Shown here: piece after piece, positions 1-14,226 of the stretch
Numbering within the stretch: position 1 is the stretch's first letter
Layout of the letters: every line of letters begins with the position of its first letter
DNA from: Tubiluchus corallicola
Taxonomy: Eukaryota; Animalia; Priapulida
DNA: 64,000 nucleotides
Assembly (NCBI GenBank): GCA_030141605.1
Contig: JAQGDQ010000625.1
Span: 1-64,000, forward strand
Direction: 5' to 3'
Program-made: the position numbers and the translations under genes
Notes under the pieces: generated by a model
Seen by the model: only the letters and a program-made list of their open reading frames with translations
The model's database searches: none
What the model was told of the DNA's origin: nothing

Positions 1-24
1 ATGTTCATTTCTTTAATAAAGATT

Positions 25-65
25 TATTATTATTATTATTATTATCATCATCATCATCATCATCG

Positions 66-99
<34 letters not shown>

Positions 100-110
100 T
101 ATTATTATAT
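25..110. repeat. (ATT)n/(ATC)n microsatellite
   Basis: direct reading; preceded by AATAAA. Confidence 0.9.
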
Positions 111-1967
111 ATTGGGATAGTTTTACAACTTATAAATGAAGTTTTAATAGTGCTTAATGATTTTATTCTGAAGTTTCCTGTAAATGCGCTCCCAGGATTT
201 GTCTGCGTCTAAGTTTATTCCGCTGTCATACGCGCATCCTGGATTAACTCATCCTGGATTGATTTATCCACGACTTACTTCCTCTTACTATTTCTACTAC
301 ATGCACTTCCTTTTACGCATAATATTCCGCTGCGGGGACGGTGTTAATAATACATGCAGGAAAAAAGCTATGTAAAGTCTCGTTCACTCGTGGACGCGGA
401 ATATACGACGGTCGACGCGACGGATTGTGAAAGGACGTGGCATTGAAATAGATTCTCAGAGTCTATAGTAGCCAGTGATATCTCGTCTCACATTCCGGAA
501 GCGTCACCGTTCTTGTGCACGCGGCCTGCTTCTCTGTGGAATCTTCTGCCAATATTGATTCATATTCGTATTCATTTAATGTTTCTAGATAACAGTTTAT
601 TAACTTTAAGTCACAATTAAGTTTGACAAATTTCATTTTGGCATTTTTGTCGAAAGTTAACCTCAGACGTGAAGACTAGATTTTACATTCCTAGTTCAAA
701 TCCAGCCCTAGGCATAATTTTTAAACATTTCAATTTTTCCCAGTTCCTATTTCCTAATTATTCGATAATCACGAAATTCTAAAGATGTATTCCACATTCT
801 CTCGTAATTACAACGTAAGTGAGTAACTATAATGCCATTCGGTCGTTTACATTTGTAGACCCCATTAGACAGCCGACCTGATTCTGTCGAGACTATTCAC
901 CTTTACTTTCTATTTCTGTGCCCTAGTTACATGAGTCTATTGAGGATAATCTTGTTGTTATTACCTGCCTGGCTTCATTTCTCCACTGGCTTCATTTCTC
1001 TACTCAGACGGTCGCTAGGCAATGAAGCACTTTGCAATGTGGGTCATTCGACATTGATCATGTCTGCAAACTTTCACTGACTTGACCACTGGCTTCACAG
1101 CGCGCACTGCTTTAGCCTTTAATTAGCGGCCAGATGACGAAGCCTGGCGATTTTCTTTACTTAGGATTAGTGACTTTGTCTGGCGATTTCCTTACTCGGA
1201 TTAGCCCCATGGCCTATGTCCCGTCATTCTGCAAAAATGTTTCTAGTATCGAAGTGGCCTGATGAAGATATAATGTTATTGTTATTGTTAAGTATTATAA
1301 ATGCACATTATTGCTTCATTACGCATAATACACATATATGGCTACATATTACACAATACAATACAACAGCCACATAATATACAAGGCGTCAATACATTGG
1401 CTGGCCATACACACATATATACAACATATACGCTGGTCACACATGCCACATAGCAGCAGGCATTTTGCTGCTATAATATAGCCAGCATGTTTTTGCCGTT
1501 ACACGTTATATAGCGTGCCATATGTTGCTACATATATATGCTATATGTGAATAGACGGCGTTATTTCACTGATTAGATTAGTTACCGACGCATGGACAAA
1601 AATTGTTCAGAAATATTGATAGTACATAGTTTTGTTAGTACATATCTGCAAAATATATAGAACAAACTAATCTAATCAGTGATATTAATAATGACGACTG
1701 AGCAAATCTTTTTCTTCATTAACTATGTCACGACTCAGAGTTGATTATGCGCGGAAGCCGAATGTTTTTCATTAGGAAAAGCTGTACGGCAGTTAGCTTG
1801 ACCTGGCAAATTTTTAGTAAAATGAAAACGGGACGACGAATTTTCTCCAGATGGAATATTTGGCGTGCCGCTTTTTGTCAGTTCCAGACTAAACAAAATG
1901 TAAAACTGCCCTCCTGTGGAGAATATAAAATACTAAACATTAGCTCCCTGTTTTTCTCTCTTCTTAC

Positions 1968-2240
<273 letters not shown>

Positions 2241-2394
2241 CTTTCATTCCTTCTTTTGTTCCCTAACTCCGTCTCACTCCTGGCATCCTGTTTCGTTTTC
2301 AGTTATTACCACTAATCCTAACTTTACTTCCTTTTTGACTTTTATCCGTTTGTGTATTTTTGATTCACAACTTAAAATAGCTTATTTTTTTCAG

Positions 2395-2511
2395 GTATTG
2401 TCCTGCCAACTACAGACATCATAAAATGTGGCGTTGGGATCCAATATTGCTTCACTCTGTGGCACGTAGACCCAATGAACGAGTCTTTGGTCCTGGGAGT
2501 ACTCAAACAAG
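2395..2511 (+). CDS. BMPR2: BMP type II receptor, internal exon (extracellular Cys-rich domain, part 1); upstream exon(s) outside window
   Basis: tttttcag acceptor; reads (G)IVLPTTDIIKCGVGIQYCFTLWHVDPMNESLVLGVLKQ(G), resembling the C-x-x-LW...KQGCW pattern of BMPR2/ActRII ectodomains; weak donor G|gtgcat; phase fits next exon. Confidence 0.85.
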
Positions 2512-3271
2512 GTGCATCCTGAATAGTTTATACAACTTTAAACTCCAACAAGTGACGTTATAAATTTCTGTGCTTTACAATATTTGATCCTTATTTACTA
2601 GCAAGTTTGCAATTTAGATTTAGATTTAGATTTTAGATTTAATATTTTATTTCAAACTTAATACAAATTAATACAATAAATCATGACACACAACAATAAC
2701 ACAAATAACAATTAACGATATAACAAACTACGCCAATGACATCTAATTGCAGAAGTAAAGTTTACATCACTGTTTAAAATGTTCTTGCATGTAAAATTTT
2801 CACTCTTATTCAGCCTGACGTGTAAACTGTATGCACATTTTCTGTGAATCACATCAAAATAAATAAGATTAAGTCTAGTAGAAATATATCTAGCGCTCGT
2901 ATCATATGAAAAGTTAAACAGCTTCCGTGTTGATACATTATATGCAACTTTGAGTTTGCTAAGATTGTAAGAATAAAAATGTCTCCCAATTTAAGTAAGT
3001 TGGCTAAAATTTACAATTCCCCACACATAAGAAATTAGTTTTATGAAGTCGATTAGGCTTAGGGTTTGGTTTAGGATTAGAATTGAGTTGTTAGGGTTTA
3101 GATTTGGGTATTTAAATTGTGTGGGGAATTGTAAACTCTTTCCAGTAACTTTTTTCAGTGGGTATTTTCAGTTATTTGGCAAGTATATTGTTGTTTTGCG
3201 CATAAATTCCGAAGCTGGTTAGAAAACACAATTCAAAACAGGGTTAGACATTATGTCACTGTACGTGTTGT

Positions 3272-3641
3272 CAAGGCCGGATTTACCATATCGGCAACTG
3301 GGCATTTGCCCAGGGTCCCTTGAGCCAAGAGGGGCTCTTTGCGATTGGGTGTATATATTTTTTCCTGTGTGCGTGTGTGTGTTGGTGTGCGTGTGTGCGT
3401 GAGTGCGTGCGTGCGTGTGTGTGTGCGTGCGTGTCGGGGTGTGTGTGTGTGTGTGTTGGTGTGTGTGTGTGTGTGTGTGTGTTGGTGTGTGCGTGTGTGT
3501 TGGTGTGTGTGTGTGTGTGTGTGTGTAGTCAGCGTGTCTGGTGGTGGCTCGAGTTGCCCGGGTGTAAATGTGGCCTCAAGGGTGGATTTTGGGGAGGGGG
3601 CCCAGTGCCCAGGAGCCCGTGGGGGTACTGATCCGGCCCTG
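3272..3641. mobile_element. hAT-type MITE with internal (GT)n
   Basis: TIR CAAGGCCGGAT / ATCCGGCCCTG; perfect 8-bp TSD cgtgttgt (3264-3271, 3642-3649). Confidence 0.85.
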
Positions 3642-3955
3642 CGTGTTGTATATAAGCGTCAAGCAAATGTTCGAACTTTTGACTACGTAACAAAGCTATT
3701 CATTCGCTTACAATTCTTGTGTCAGTTTTTTTCTCTATATGTTACATACGTTTTCCTTTACCTTAGTGTTTATAACATATATTTTGTCCTTCAGATTTTG
3801 TAAAAAAAAAAGTTATTTATTAACTGTTCCTAGTGCCACCCTGTCACCGCCGCCCGCCCCCCTACCACCACCTTTTGCCTCACTCCCTCCCCCCTCCAGA
3901 TCTTTCCCACCGCCCACTTTGGGAATCACTGGTTTAATGCAAGTTTCTATTTCAG

Positions 3956-4165
3956 GTTGTTGGGGCAGCGCAGGCAACGAGGACCAATGTCTGAATGACG
4001 AGTGCGTCTCATTATCTCGTGCCAACTTTCACGCTCTCGGCAACAATGTCGTGACAAAATTCTGTTGCTGCAGGGGAACTACAGGCAAAATGTGCAATGA
4101 AAAGTTTCGTGATGGCTACGTCCCTCCCCTGTCCGTGCACTCTGAGTCGTCTATTGCCAGTACAG
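3956..4165 (+). CDS. BMPR2: BMP type II receptor exon (ectodomain Cys box)
   Basis: tttcag acceptor; GCWGSAGNEDQCLNDECV...TKFCCCRGTTGKMCNEKF contains the CCC-x-CN box of TGF-beta family receptors; donor G|gtacag. Confidence 0.92.
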
Positions 4166-4185
4166 GTACAGAACAAGGTCTATAT

Positions 4186-4860
4186 TAGGGATGTTTAAAC
4201 GATGAAAATTTTGGCTATATTGTAACGATACGATATGATACGATACGATACGATACTTCTCCAATGATACGGATATCGATAACCTGTTTTTCAGGTGAAA
4301 TGATAAATTATTTTGAACAATAAAAACGATATCGAACGCGTGGTCGCTTATCGCACAAGGTGTCTGTGTGCATTCCAGCATCATATTTTTGCGTAGGATG
4401 TTTCTGGATCAATGCATAGATACATGTAATTTATGACAAAGCTCTCTTAAAATAATATTAATATGCGAGCTGCGATAAACATATATTTTACGTACAGATG
4501 TATTACTGCGTAATATATTTATTTATGTGTGCTGCACTGCTTGCACGTAACTGGGAAAATTCCTGTAAATAACGCAGTTGACATTCGCGTGTCACTAAAC
4601 TGAAGACAGCTAATATTGTAGGAAAAAAGAAAATGATTATTATTCAAACAAGTTGTAAATGTCTTTTAATTATTTTGCTTAATTCCAGTGCATATATGAA
4701 AAAAACAAATTGAAATGATTTTGTAAGCGATATGCACCAAATTTGATACGATAACGATATTCTTAGAATAATGTTGACGCGATAACAATAAATGACTAAT
4801 TCTTATGTTGATAAGATAATCGATATTTATCGATACGCATCGTTATCATAAACATATGTA
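4186..4860. mobile_element. degenerate hAT-type MITE with CGATA subterminal repeats
   Basis: left end TAGGGATGTTTAAACGAT, right end resembles its inverse (...AACATAyGTA); flanks gtctatat / gtctag(g/a)t as candidate 8-bp TSD. Confidence 0.6.
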
Positions 4861-6672
4861 GTCTAGGTGGCTAATATAAAAAACTATGTTATCATTAACA
4901 TACATGGTCTAGATGGCTAATATAAAAAACTATGTTATCATTAACATACATGGTCTAGATGGCTAATATAAAAAACTATGTTATCGTTAACATACGTAGT
5001 CTAGATGGCTAATATGAAAAACTATGCTATCGTTAACATACGTAGTCTAGATGGCTAATATGAAAAACTATGCTATCATTAACATACGTAGTCTAGATGG
5101 CTAATATGAAAAACTATGTTATCATTAACATACGTAGTCTAGGTGGCTAATATGAAAAACTATGCTATCATTAACATACGTAGTCTAGATGGCTAATATG
5201 AAAAACTATGTTATCATTAACATACGTTGTCTAGATGGCTAATATGAAAAACTATGTTATCGTTAACATACGTAGTCTAGGTGGCTAATATGAAAAACTA
5301 TGTTATCGTTAACATACGTAGTCTAGATGGCTAATATGAAAAACTATGTTATCGTTAACATACGTAGTCTAGATGGCTAATATGAAAAACTATGTTATTG
5401 TTAACATACGTAGTCTAGATGGCTAATATGAAAAACTATGTTATCATTAACATACATAGTCTAGATGGCTAATATGAAAAATTATGTTATCATTAACATA
5501 CATAGTCTAGATGGCTAATATGAAAAACTATGTTATCATTAACATACATAGTCTAGATGGCTAATATGAAAAATTATGTTATCATTAACATACGTAGTCT
5601 AGATAGCTAATATGAAAAACTACGTTATCGTTAACATACTAGTCTAGATGGCTAATATGAAAAACTATGTTATCATTAACATACGTTGTCTAGATGGCTA
5701 ATATGAAAAACTATGTTATCATTAACATACGTAGTCTAGATGGCTAATATGAAAAACTATGTTATCATTAACATACGTAGTCTAGATGGCTAATATGAAA
5801 AACTATGTTATCATTAACATACATGGTCTAGATGGCTAATATGAAAAACTATGTTATCATTAACATACGTTGTCTAGATGGCTAATATGAAAAACTATGT
5901 TATCATTAACATACGTTGTCTAGATGGCTAATATGAAAAACTATGTTATCATTAACATACGTAGTCTAGATGGCTAATATGAAAAACTATGTTATCATTA
6001 ACATACGTTGTCTAGATGGCTAATATGAAAAACTATGTTATCATTAACATACGTTGTTTAGATGGCTAATATGAAAAACTATGTTATCATTAACATACGT
6101 AGTCTAGATGGCTAATATGAAAAACTACGTTATCGTTAACATACTAGTCTAGATGGCTAATATGAAAAACTATGTTATCATTAACATACATGGTCTAGAT
6201 GGCTAATATAAAAAACTATGTTATCATTAACATACGTTGTCTAGATGGCTAATATGAAAAACTATGTTATCATTAACATACGTAGTCTAGATGGCTAATA
6301 TGAAAAACTATGTTATCATAACATACGTAGTCTAGATGGCGAAAATGGGTGGTTAAAAACTATGTTATCATAACATACGTGTGGTGTGTTATCATACATA
6401 CGTAGTCTAGATGGCTAATATGAAAAACTATGTTATCGTTAACATACGTAGTCTAGATGGCTAATATGAAAAACTATGTTATCATTAACATACGTAGTCT
6501 AGATGGCTAATATGAAAAACTATGTTATCATGTTAACATACGTAGTCTAGATGGCTAATATGAAAAACTATGCTATCGTTAACATACGTAGTCTAGATGG
6601 CTAATATGAAAAACTATGTTATCGTTAACATACGTGGTCTAGATGGCTAATATGAAAAACTATGTAATCATA
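4843..6672. repeat. 46-bp minisatellite, ~39 copies
   Basis: unit gtctagatggctaatatgaaaaactatgttatcattaacatacgta. Confidence 0.97.
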
Positions 6673-6746
6673 ATGGTCACTCCAGCGATTGTTGTAATTC
6701 ATTTAAATGTTGTGTTCACAGATTGAATTGTTTTCATATTTTCCAG

Positions 6747-6845
6747 CAATGCCTGGCGACAAATACAGTTATCGTGAACGCACGATTATCATTGCTCTTT
6801 CGTCAGTGGTGTCTATGGCCGTTTTCGTGGCCGTTGCCTACTGGG
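6747..6845 (+). CDS. BMPR2: BMP type II receptor exon (transmembrane helix)
   Basis: ttccag acceptor; AMPGDKYSYRERTIIIALSSVVSMAVFVAVAYW resembles human BMPR2 RDETIIIALASVS...; donor G|gtaagt. Confidence 0.92.
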
Positions 6846-8133
6846 GTAAGTACTCTGCGTGCTAACATTTCAGTTTTACGTACGTGAATTTGATACTGTG
6901 ACGAAACCTTCAGTATTGAACTTACCGAACCTCCTTACTAGCAAGCGATGCTTTATGTTTTAGAAGTAACTGTGCATGTATCGTGTGCGGAACTCGATGT
7001 ACTGTGAAAATGTGACAGCTTGTACCAATGTAACAATTATCCTAGTTAGGTGTCATTAAACATTTCTGTGTGAAGAACAGTAGTGTTTCTGCCTACTGCA
7101 TTTAGATAGATATTTTATTTCTGAAAATCAAATTTTCAACATGAGAATTACAAACTCGACGCATACCCGATGGTTTTATCAGCGGGCAGAGCTCGGGTAA
7201 TGATTTCCAGATCATACTAACAATTTGACTCAACATAGCTACACAAGGTACATACACAGATATACAAATTTAGTTTTAAACTCTATGAAGTGAAAAAACG
7301 ATTTACTAAGCATTTGTACACATGTGATAAACAAATATTTTACCTATATGATAATCACAGTGATGTGGTTATATGTCCGCTAACAAAGCTATACTATTTA
7401 ATTCACAAATCTATGCATACAGTCGTAAATGAAACTTCCAATTGACATTAATTCTCCATCAAATAAATTTGCAATATTACTATAATTTAACGCATACAGT
7501 GATCTATAAAGTGCATTTTCATGGCACTCGCACAAAAAAAATTTGAAATTACTAAATTTGAAATTTGAAATTAATGAAAACGCATGCAGTAGGCTTGCCA
7601 GATTTTGCAAAAGTCTAGTAAAGAACAGTTCTAACTTCTAATATTGCTGTACAAATGGCTTTACAGCAATAAGTCTTACGAACAGTACTAACTGTGTACA
7701 TACTTAATTGTGTACATCCTTTATTTTTGAATATGTTTTTAAATTGAATTGAATCAGTTGTTACTCACTGTTTTATTCTGGCATTTCAATAGGCCTAAAC
7801 ATGCTGTGGTGTTTTTTTCAAACCAGATGTTCAGAAAGTTCCAGTGTTATTGCTTTGTAGAGATCATAACAGCAATATGCACGCACTTCTCAAATTACTT
7901 TTCGACAGAAGTAGGCGTTTCTCATTTGCTACTTAAACAGCTTTTCTGAAGACGGAAATCTTTTTGTAGATTTCGTATTGTACACATTTGAAATTGAAGC
8001 AGTTTGTCAGCATTTTGAAGAAATTTTTTTTATTTTATTACATAATGTTGCCTGTCTGTTGATTTTAAAGACATTTTTTTAGTTATTATCTTGCCTTACA
8101 ACAATTTTGGAATAACATTTTGTCTAATTACAG

Positions 8134-8269
8134 CATTTAGAGTTTGGAAAATGGTTCGCAAGCAGCCACCGGATGATATGAATCTGATGGAGGCACCAGT
8201 GACAGTGGCCTCTGTGCCTCAACTTGATCTTTCACAGTTGAGGTTATGTGAGCTGCTAGATAGAGGAAG
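8134..8269 (+). CDS. BMPR2: BMP type II receptor exon (juxtamembrane, start of kinase)
   Basis: tacag acceptor; MNLMEAPVTVASVPQLDLSQLRLCELLDRG(R) vs BMPR2 [28 protein letters not shown]; donor AG|gtgaga; no GS domain, so type II. Confidence 0.93.
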
Positions 8270-8331
8270 GTGAGAATTATGACACAGTTGTAATACTTGT
8301 GTGCAAAACACTGGTGTTTTGATTACTAAAA

Positions 8332-8740
8332 CTAGCAAAGGCCCCGCAAAAAATTTTGCGCATAAATACACTTATCTTCAATAATACTGCGAACATCCTA
8401 CTTAGTCCTCATTTATAATGCAAAGCCAGCAGCAGCAGCTTTTACTGAATTAAAGTTATAAGGTTATAAGCAGAGTATAATGGATGACGTCACAACAATG
8501 GCTTTGCGTCAGCAATTTTCCAATCGAAAATTGCGGAAAATAGAACACCTAATTAACTCGTCGATACTCCTTTTGGTGGACGTGTCCTAAAATATAGCCC
8601 ACATCATCGTGTAGCCCTGTTATTCCTCTTTCTAAAGAGCCGAGATTCCTTCCGAGAGTCCCACCAGGCGCCACTAGAACGTTTTTTCTGCAGGCTGTTT
8701 GACTAAAATTTCAAAAAAATCGCGAGTTGGGTCCGGGAAA
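8332..8740 (-). mobile_element. truncated non-autonomous Helitron-like element
   Basis: homologous to 27662-27956; on - strand, hairpin cgcaaaa..ttttgcg then CTAG|T terminus. Confidence 0.55.
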
Positions 8741-8807
8741 ACATACCAGGAGAATTAATATGTGCGATGAGTGATTAATTGAGTAAAATGATAGTGACAA
8801 CAATGTG

Positions 8808-9463
8808 AAAGAACAATGGTGGTGCTAGTGTGAACAACAATCAGTTTGAATGTTGGTACCAGGTAAAAGAACAATGGTGGTGCTAGTGTGAACAACAATC
8901 AGTTTGAATGTTGGTACCAGGTAAAAGAACAATGGTGGTGCTATTGTGAGCAACAATCAGTTTGAATGTTGGTACCAGGTAAAAGAACAATGGTGGTGCT
9001 AGTGTGAACAACAACAATCAGTTTGAATGTTGGTACCAGGTAAAAGAACAATGGTGGTGCTAGTGTGAACAACAACAATCAGTTTGAATGTTGGTACCAA
9101 AAATATTGTGAGCAACAATCAGTTTGAATGTTGGTACCAGGTAAAAGAACAATGGTGGTGCTAGTGTGAACAACAACAATCAGTTTGAATGTTGGTACCA
9201 GGTAAAAGAACAATGGTGGTGCTAGTGTGAACAACAACAATCAGTTTGAATGTTGGTACCAGGTAAAAGAACAATGGTGGTGCTAGTGTGAACAACAACA
9301 ATCAGTTTGAATGTTGGTACCAGGTAACAGAACAATGGTGATGCTAGTATGAACAACAACAATCAGTTTGAATGTTGGTACCAGGTAAAAGAACAATGGT
9401 GATGCTAGTGTGAACAACAACAAACAGTTTGAATGTTGGTACCAGGTAAAAGAACAATGGTGA
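8808..9463. repeat. 58-61-bp minisatellite, ~11 copies
   Basis: unit aaagaacaatggtggtgctagtgtg(aac)naatcagtttgaatgttggtaccaggta. Confidence 0.95.
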
Positions 9464-10149
9464 AGCACTTTATTGTTGATGTTGCTGTTGTTAAGAAGAA
9501 TCAGTACAGTGTAGCATTCGAAGTGAAAGAAGAACAGTGATGGACTGATGGTACAATAAAAACAAAGTGTAAACAGTTTGTGTCTCTGTTACGGCAAAGC
9601 AGTACAAACCCAGGAGAAAACGTACAATGAGCTGTCTTTAACTCTAAACTATAGGCAGCTCTTATGGTGCGTTAAGATTAGTGAGTGTCCTCGCCAAGTA
9701 ACTCACAAGCATGTTCAATTAGAGTCATAGAGTTATGCAATTTCTTGCCGACAGTAACTCACAAAGCAGTAACTCGCAAAGCATTTTTCACTTGCGAGTT
9801 AGCTGTCAGAGAAAAAAACTCGCGACAGAGAGCTCGCTAGTCTAAACGCTCTGCCGTAAGTACGTTTACGACTTTTTGCACACGTTCGCCAGTGTTATGT
9901 TATAAATGTTCGCAGCGGCATTCAACGGCAAAAGAGCTCTGAAGTTTTGCAGTGCACCACAGAAGTGAAATGCACAGCAATAGACGAGTTTCAGCTCTTC
10001 CCCTTCAAAACACTTTCATGAAACCGCTGTTGTGGTGCTTGTAAAAAAACAATAAAGAATAACTTTAATGTTTAGAGATTTTGCAATGTAGATTTAGTAA
10101 TTTTCATTACATCTCAACAGGCTCTTTATGGTAGTAGCTACAAAATTTA

Positions 10150-10412
10150 ATGTTGTTCGCAAAAATAAAACTCTGGGTTATGTAAACTGGAACGAATTTA
10201 AAATTAGGGGAAAGTTTTCTATTTTAATCTAATTTTGCCTTCATACATTTAGGGTGGTTGACTTTGGTAACTTTTAGTTTTGACACACCCTTTCACCAAT
10301 CACTTGAACATCATTAACTCAGATAATTTACTCATTTAATAATCTTGTCACTTTGTATCATATTATCATTTCATGCCTTGTGTTTTTCTTGTAAAAAGGT
10401 GATAAATAAAGA

Positions 10413-10490
<78 letters not shown>
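10150..10490 (+). mobile_element. probable LINE (L2/CR1-group) 3' tail: hairpin, AATAAA, (TACT)n
   Basis: stem agggtg..caccct 10251-10291; AATAAA 10405-10410; (TACT)~19 at 10413-10490. Confidence 0.55.
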
Positions 10491-10491
10491 G

Positions 10492-10820
10492 GTATGGCCA
10501 CGTGTGGAAGGGGATCCTGTATGACCGAGAGGTGGCCGTAAAGGTTTTCTCTCCACATCATAAGCAGTTTTTTCAAAACGAGCAAGAAGTGTACGGTTTG
10601 CCACACATGGACCATGATAACCTGCTGCACTTCATCGGTGCGGACGAGCGCGTTAGCGAGACGGGATGTCTCGAGTACATCATCGTGTTAAGCTACGTGC
10701 CCACGGGAACGTTGCACAGTCACTTGAAGAATGAGCTACTGAACTGGTCGTCGTTCATTCGCATAGTTCAGTCCATCACCGCTGGGCTTTCACATCTGCA
10801 CATGGAGGTAATCAAAGGAG
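10492..10820 (+). CDS. BMPR2: BMP type II receptor exon (kinase subdomains I-V)
   Basis: (R)YGHVWKG...VAVKVF...HDNLLHFIGADE...AGLSHLH; acceptor is cttag at end of (TACT)n repeat; donor G|gtacgg. Confidence 0.95.
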
Positions 10821-10965
10821 GTACGGTCAAATGTTCACTCTTTTTTTCCTTGGTATAAACTTCGATAAACACTTGACAGTGATTGTGATGATATGGACAA
10901 TGATGGTGACAACAGTGACAATGATGATGATGATGATATGATGATGATAAAGTTAGCTTGTAGAT

Positions 10966-11466
10966 CAGGGGTGTGCAAATTGCGGCCCACGGGCCACTTG
11001 CGACCCGCCGAGAGAATTTGTGCGGCCCTGCGAAAAGATTTGTCAACCTAATGAAAGTGCGGCCCGGGCGATTAATTGAGTGTATCCAGCTGAAGTCCGT
11101 GCCACGATCCCAAAGATAGTGCGGGTAGTTTTTTCTACTAGATCGGATGCCATTAACCCTTACAAGACGGTTGTAGCTTAATGTCACTGTACTACACAGA
11201 CTGTGTGATACACATTACTAATATGCATTGTAATGAAATTACCACTATCTGTCCTGAAAGTAGAAATATATGGTTTGTAATATAAATTTTAATAACTTCT
11301 AAAATAGTTTCTTGAGTGCAATAGTAATGATGTACGCGGGTTGGACACAAAAAAATCGTCATTAGGCCTTTCTGTACTTGGCTCCTTGATCAAACTGCCT
11401 GTGTCCCGCAGGAATTGCGGCAAAGTTTAATGTGGCCTGGCTAGTCAGATAATTTGCACACCCCTG
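10966..11466. mobile_element. hAT (Buster/Charlie-like) MITE family A, copy 1
   Basis: TIR CAGGGGTGTGCAAATT; perfect 8-bp TSD ttgTAgat; ~500 bp; four homologous copies in window. Confidence 0.93.
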
Positions 11467-12079
11467 TTGTAGATTAACATTTCAAGCCCACTTTGAAGCT
11501 TGAATTTCTGTAACAAACATACCTCGTCCAGGATTTTTATCATGCTTATGCTACGTAGTTGATAAATTTGAACGCTTAATCGAAGAATAAGCACTACTGT
11601 CAAGACTTGACTCGACCAGGCGCTTTGGTTTATCATTAATCATAAAATAAGCCTCGGGCAGTGATGAAGATGTATTTAGATGCATCCTTTTTTCCATATT
11701 TATCCTTTACGGAGTTACTCACCGTGTTCTGTTTGAAAATGCAACCCCATCTTATTCCATTTTCTTCAAAGCTTTCAGAAGCAGACTTTGTCCTTTATCC
11801 TTTACTCAATGTGACATTTTTAAAATTGCAATCTAGCTTATTGCGTAATGATTTTCAGAAGGAAATTTGGTAACACAATGCTACCCTATCTGTAATATGA
11901 CGAAATTACTAGAATCAGTTACCTCCGGTAAAATTGCGGAGAAAGTAATTTGAAAAGCCCGTGGATTTTTTTGGTCACCATGGTTACGGATTTTCGAATC
12001 CTTGTCAGTGTTACGGAGCGGGCAGCAAGTGTCTAACTATCAAGTCTGCAAGCTTGTGCTGCAAAAGCATTTTATAGAG

Positions 12080-12450
12080 TATGTATGTATGTATGTATGT
12101 ATGTATGTATGTATGTATGTATGTATGTATGTATGTATGTATGTATGTATGTATGTATGTATGTATGTATGTATGTATGTATGTATGTATGTATGTATGT
12201 ATGTATGTATGTATGTATGTATGTATGTATGTATGTATGTATGTATGTATGTATGTATGTATGTATGTATGTATGTATGTATGTATGTATGTATGTATGT
12301 ATGTATGTATGTATGTATGTCTTGTATGTATGTATGTATGTATGTATGTATGTGTGTATGTATGTGTGTGTGTATGTATGTATGTATGTATGTATGTATG
12401 TATGTATGTATGTATGTATGTATGTATGTATGTATGTATGTATGTATGTA
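12080..12450. repeat. (TATG)n microsatellite
   Basis: direct reading. Confidence 0.97.
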
Positions 12451-12961
12451 CGTAATTCTCCTGTCTTGACCTGCCGTTTTTGGCTGTTCTGTGTCAATAG
12501 TTAGTAATGCTAATAATTTCTTTCTGCTTGAGAACAAGTTACTTTCATTCATTTCCTTGTTTTTTGCATTTTATCTACTGAGATATGTAGCCGAATTCTT
12601 GCTAGTTATAGCAGTACATGTACTTGTCTTATGATATTTAGCAGTTTTTGCTGCAAAATCTCATTATAACTGTTATAAACTATAGCAGTTGGGTTTACTT
12701 CTTAGCAGTATGTTGCATGTATTAATCGAGGCAAAGGTTTACTTAGTGTGTTTGCTGTTATTTTTCTTAGGACTCCCCCCCCCCCGGCTGCCATTTTGCA
12801 GTTCTAACATTCATTATTTGTGACAATCGCCGATGACCTATCTAGATATCTAGTTGTTTTTTGAATCAGTCTTTTGCCCAGCTACAATTTCTCAAAAATA
12901 AAAATTCGTCCATCAAAAGGCTTTTGCGATGCGGAACACATAGCTGCCACACCCGCTCCGC

Positions 12962-13550
<589 letters not shown>

Positions 13551-14226
13551 GGATGTGTCTAGACACATCGATTTCTAATTCCGGCCGCGGGATGAGATTC
13601 GCTAATAACCTCATCATAACTACCTCTGACTTGTGATCAAACTCAGGGACTGTTGGCACGTCTTGTCTAGACGAAGGCAATCATAATCATGGTGTCTGAT
13701 CGATCTGATAATAAACTACACTATCAGAACGCATTAAACAGCAGTTAAATGAATGATCGTTGTGCTTATAGAAACGCTTGTATCAAAGCGGGTAGCATTT
13801 TTAATGGTAGATTTACGTGCTTTAATGATGCCGTGTTCATGATAACGGGTGGTGCAAAAAAAATGTTCCCAAGTTTTCATCACTATAAAAAATAACAGAA
13901 TCGTCTATAAACTATAGTTTATAGTATGATAATTTAACAATATTATTGTTTTTTTCCTGTAAATAAACTATACGTGTGGTGTCTGGTTATCAGAGGAATG
14001 TTCCCGACGGGCAATAATTCAATCGACTGTGCAGAAAATAACGCAACATTTCAGCGCGCTGCGTAATTATTACGATACACGCACAGGCCTAATCTTGTGC
14101 AATTTATTCAAGGACGAGGCGATATTCTGCTGAAAAGATTTTACCATTAACCTTTCTGACTTGCCCAAACTTAGTCCAGGTGCGTCTTTTATTGAATGGG
14201 TTCACTGGCACCATACTTAGCTAATA

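Noticed and set aside
1255-1300. CTGATGA hammerhead core (also 24453, 27846)
   Set aside because: No matching GAAA and stems found
6340-6400. Divergent insert within the 46-bp array
   Set aside because: Looks like local low-quality consensus or a degenerate unit, not a spacer
4843-6672. CRISPR-like array (also 8808-9463, 60736-62374)
   Set aside because: Head-to-tail units with no unique spacers, no cas genes, eukaryotic context
9660-9860. Possible Harbinger-like element related to 27040-27305
   Set aside because: Shared AGTAACTC motifs and one terminus seen, but boundaries and TSD could not be fixed
10768-11187. Recurrent MTLSYNRLVRV ORF (also 21011, 25526)
   Set aside because: Chance frame inside MITE family A; no transposase motifs and variable ends
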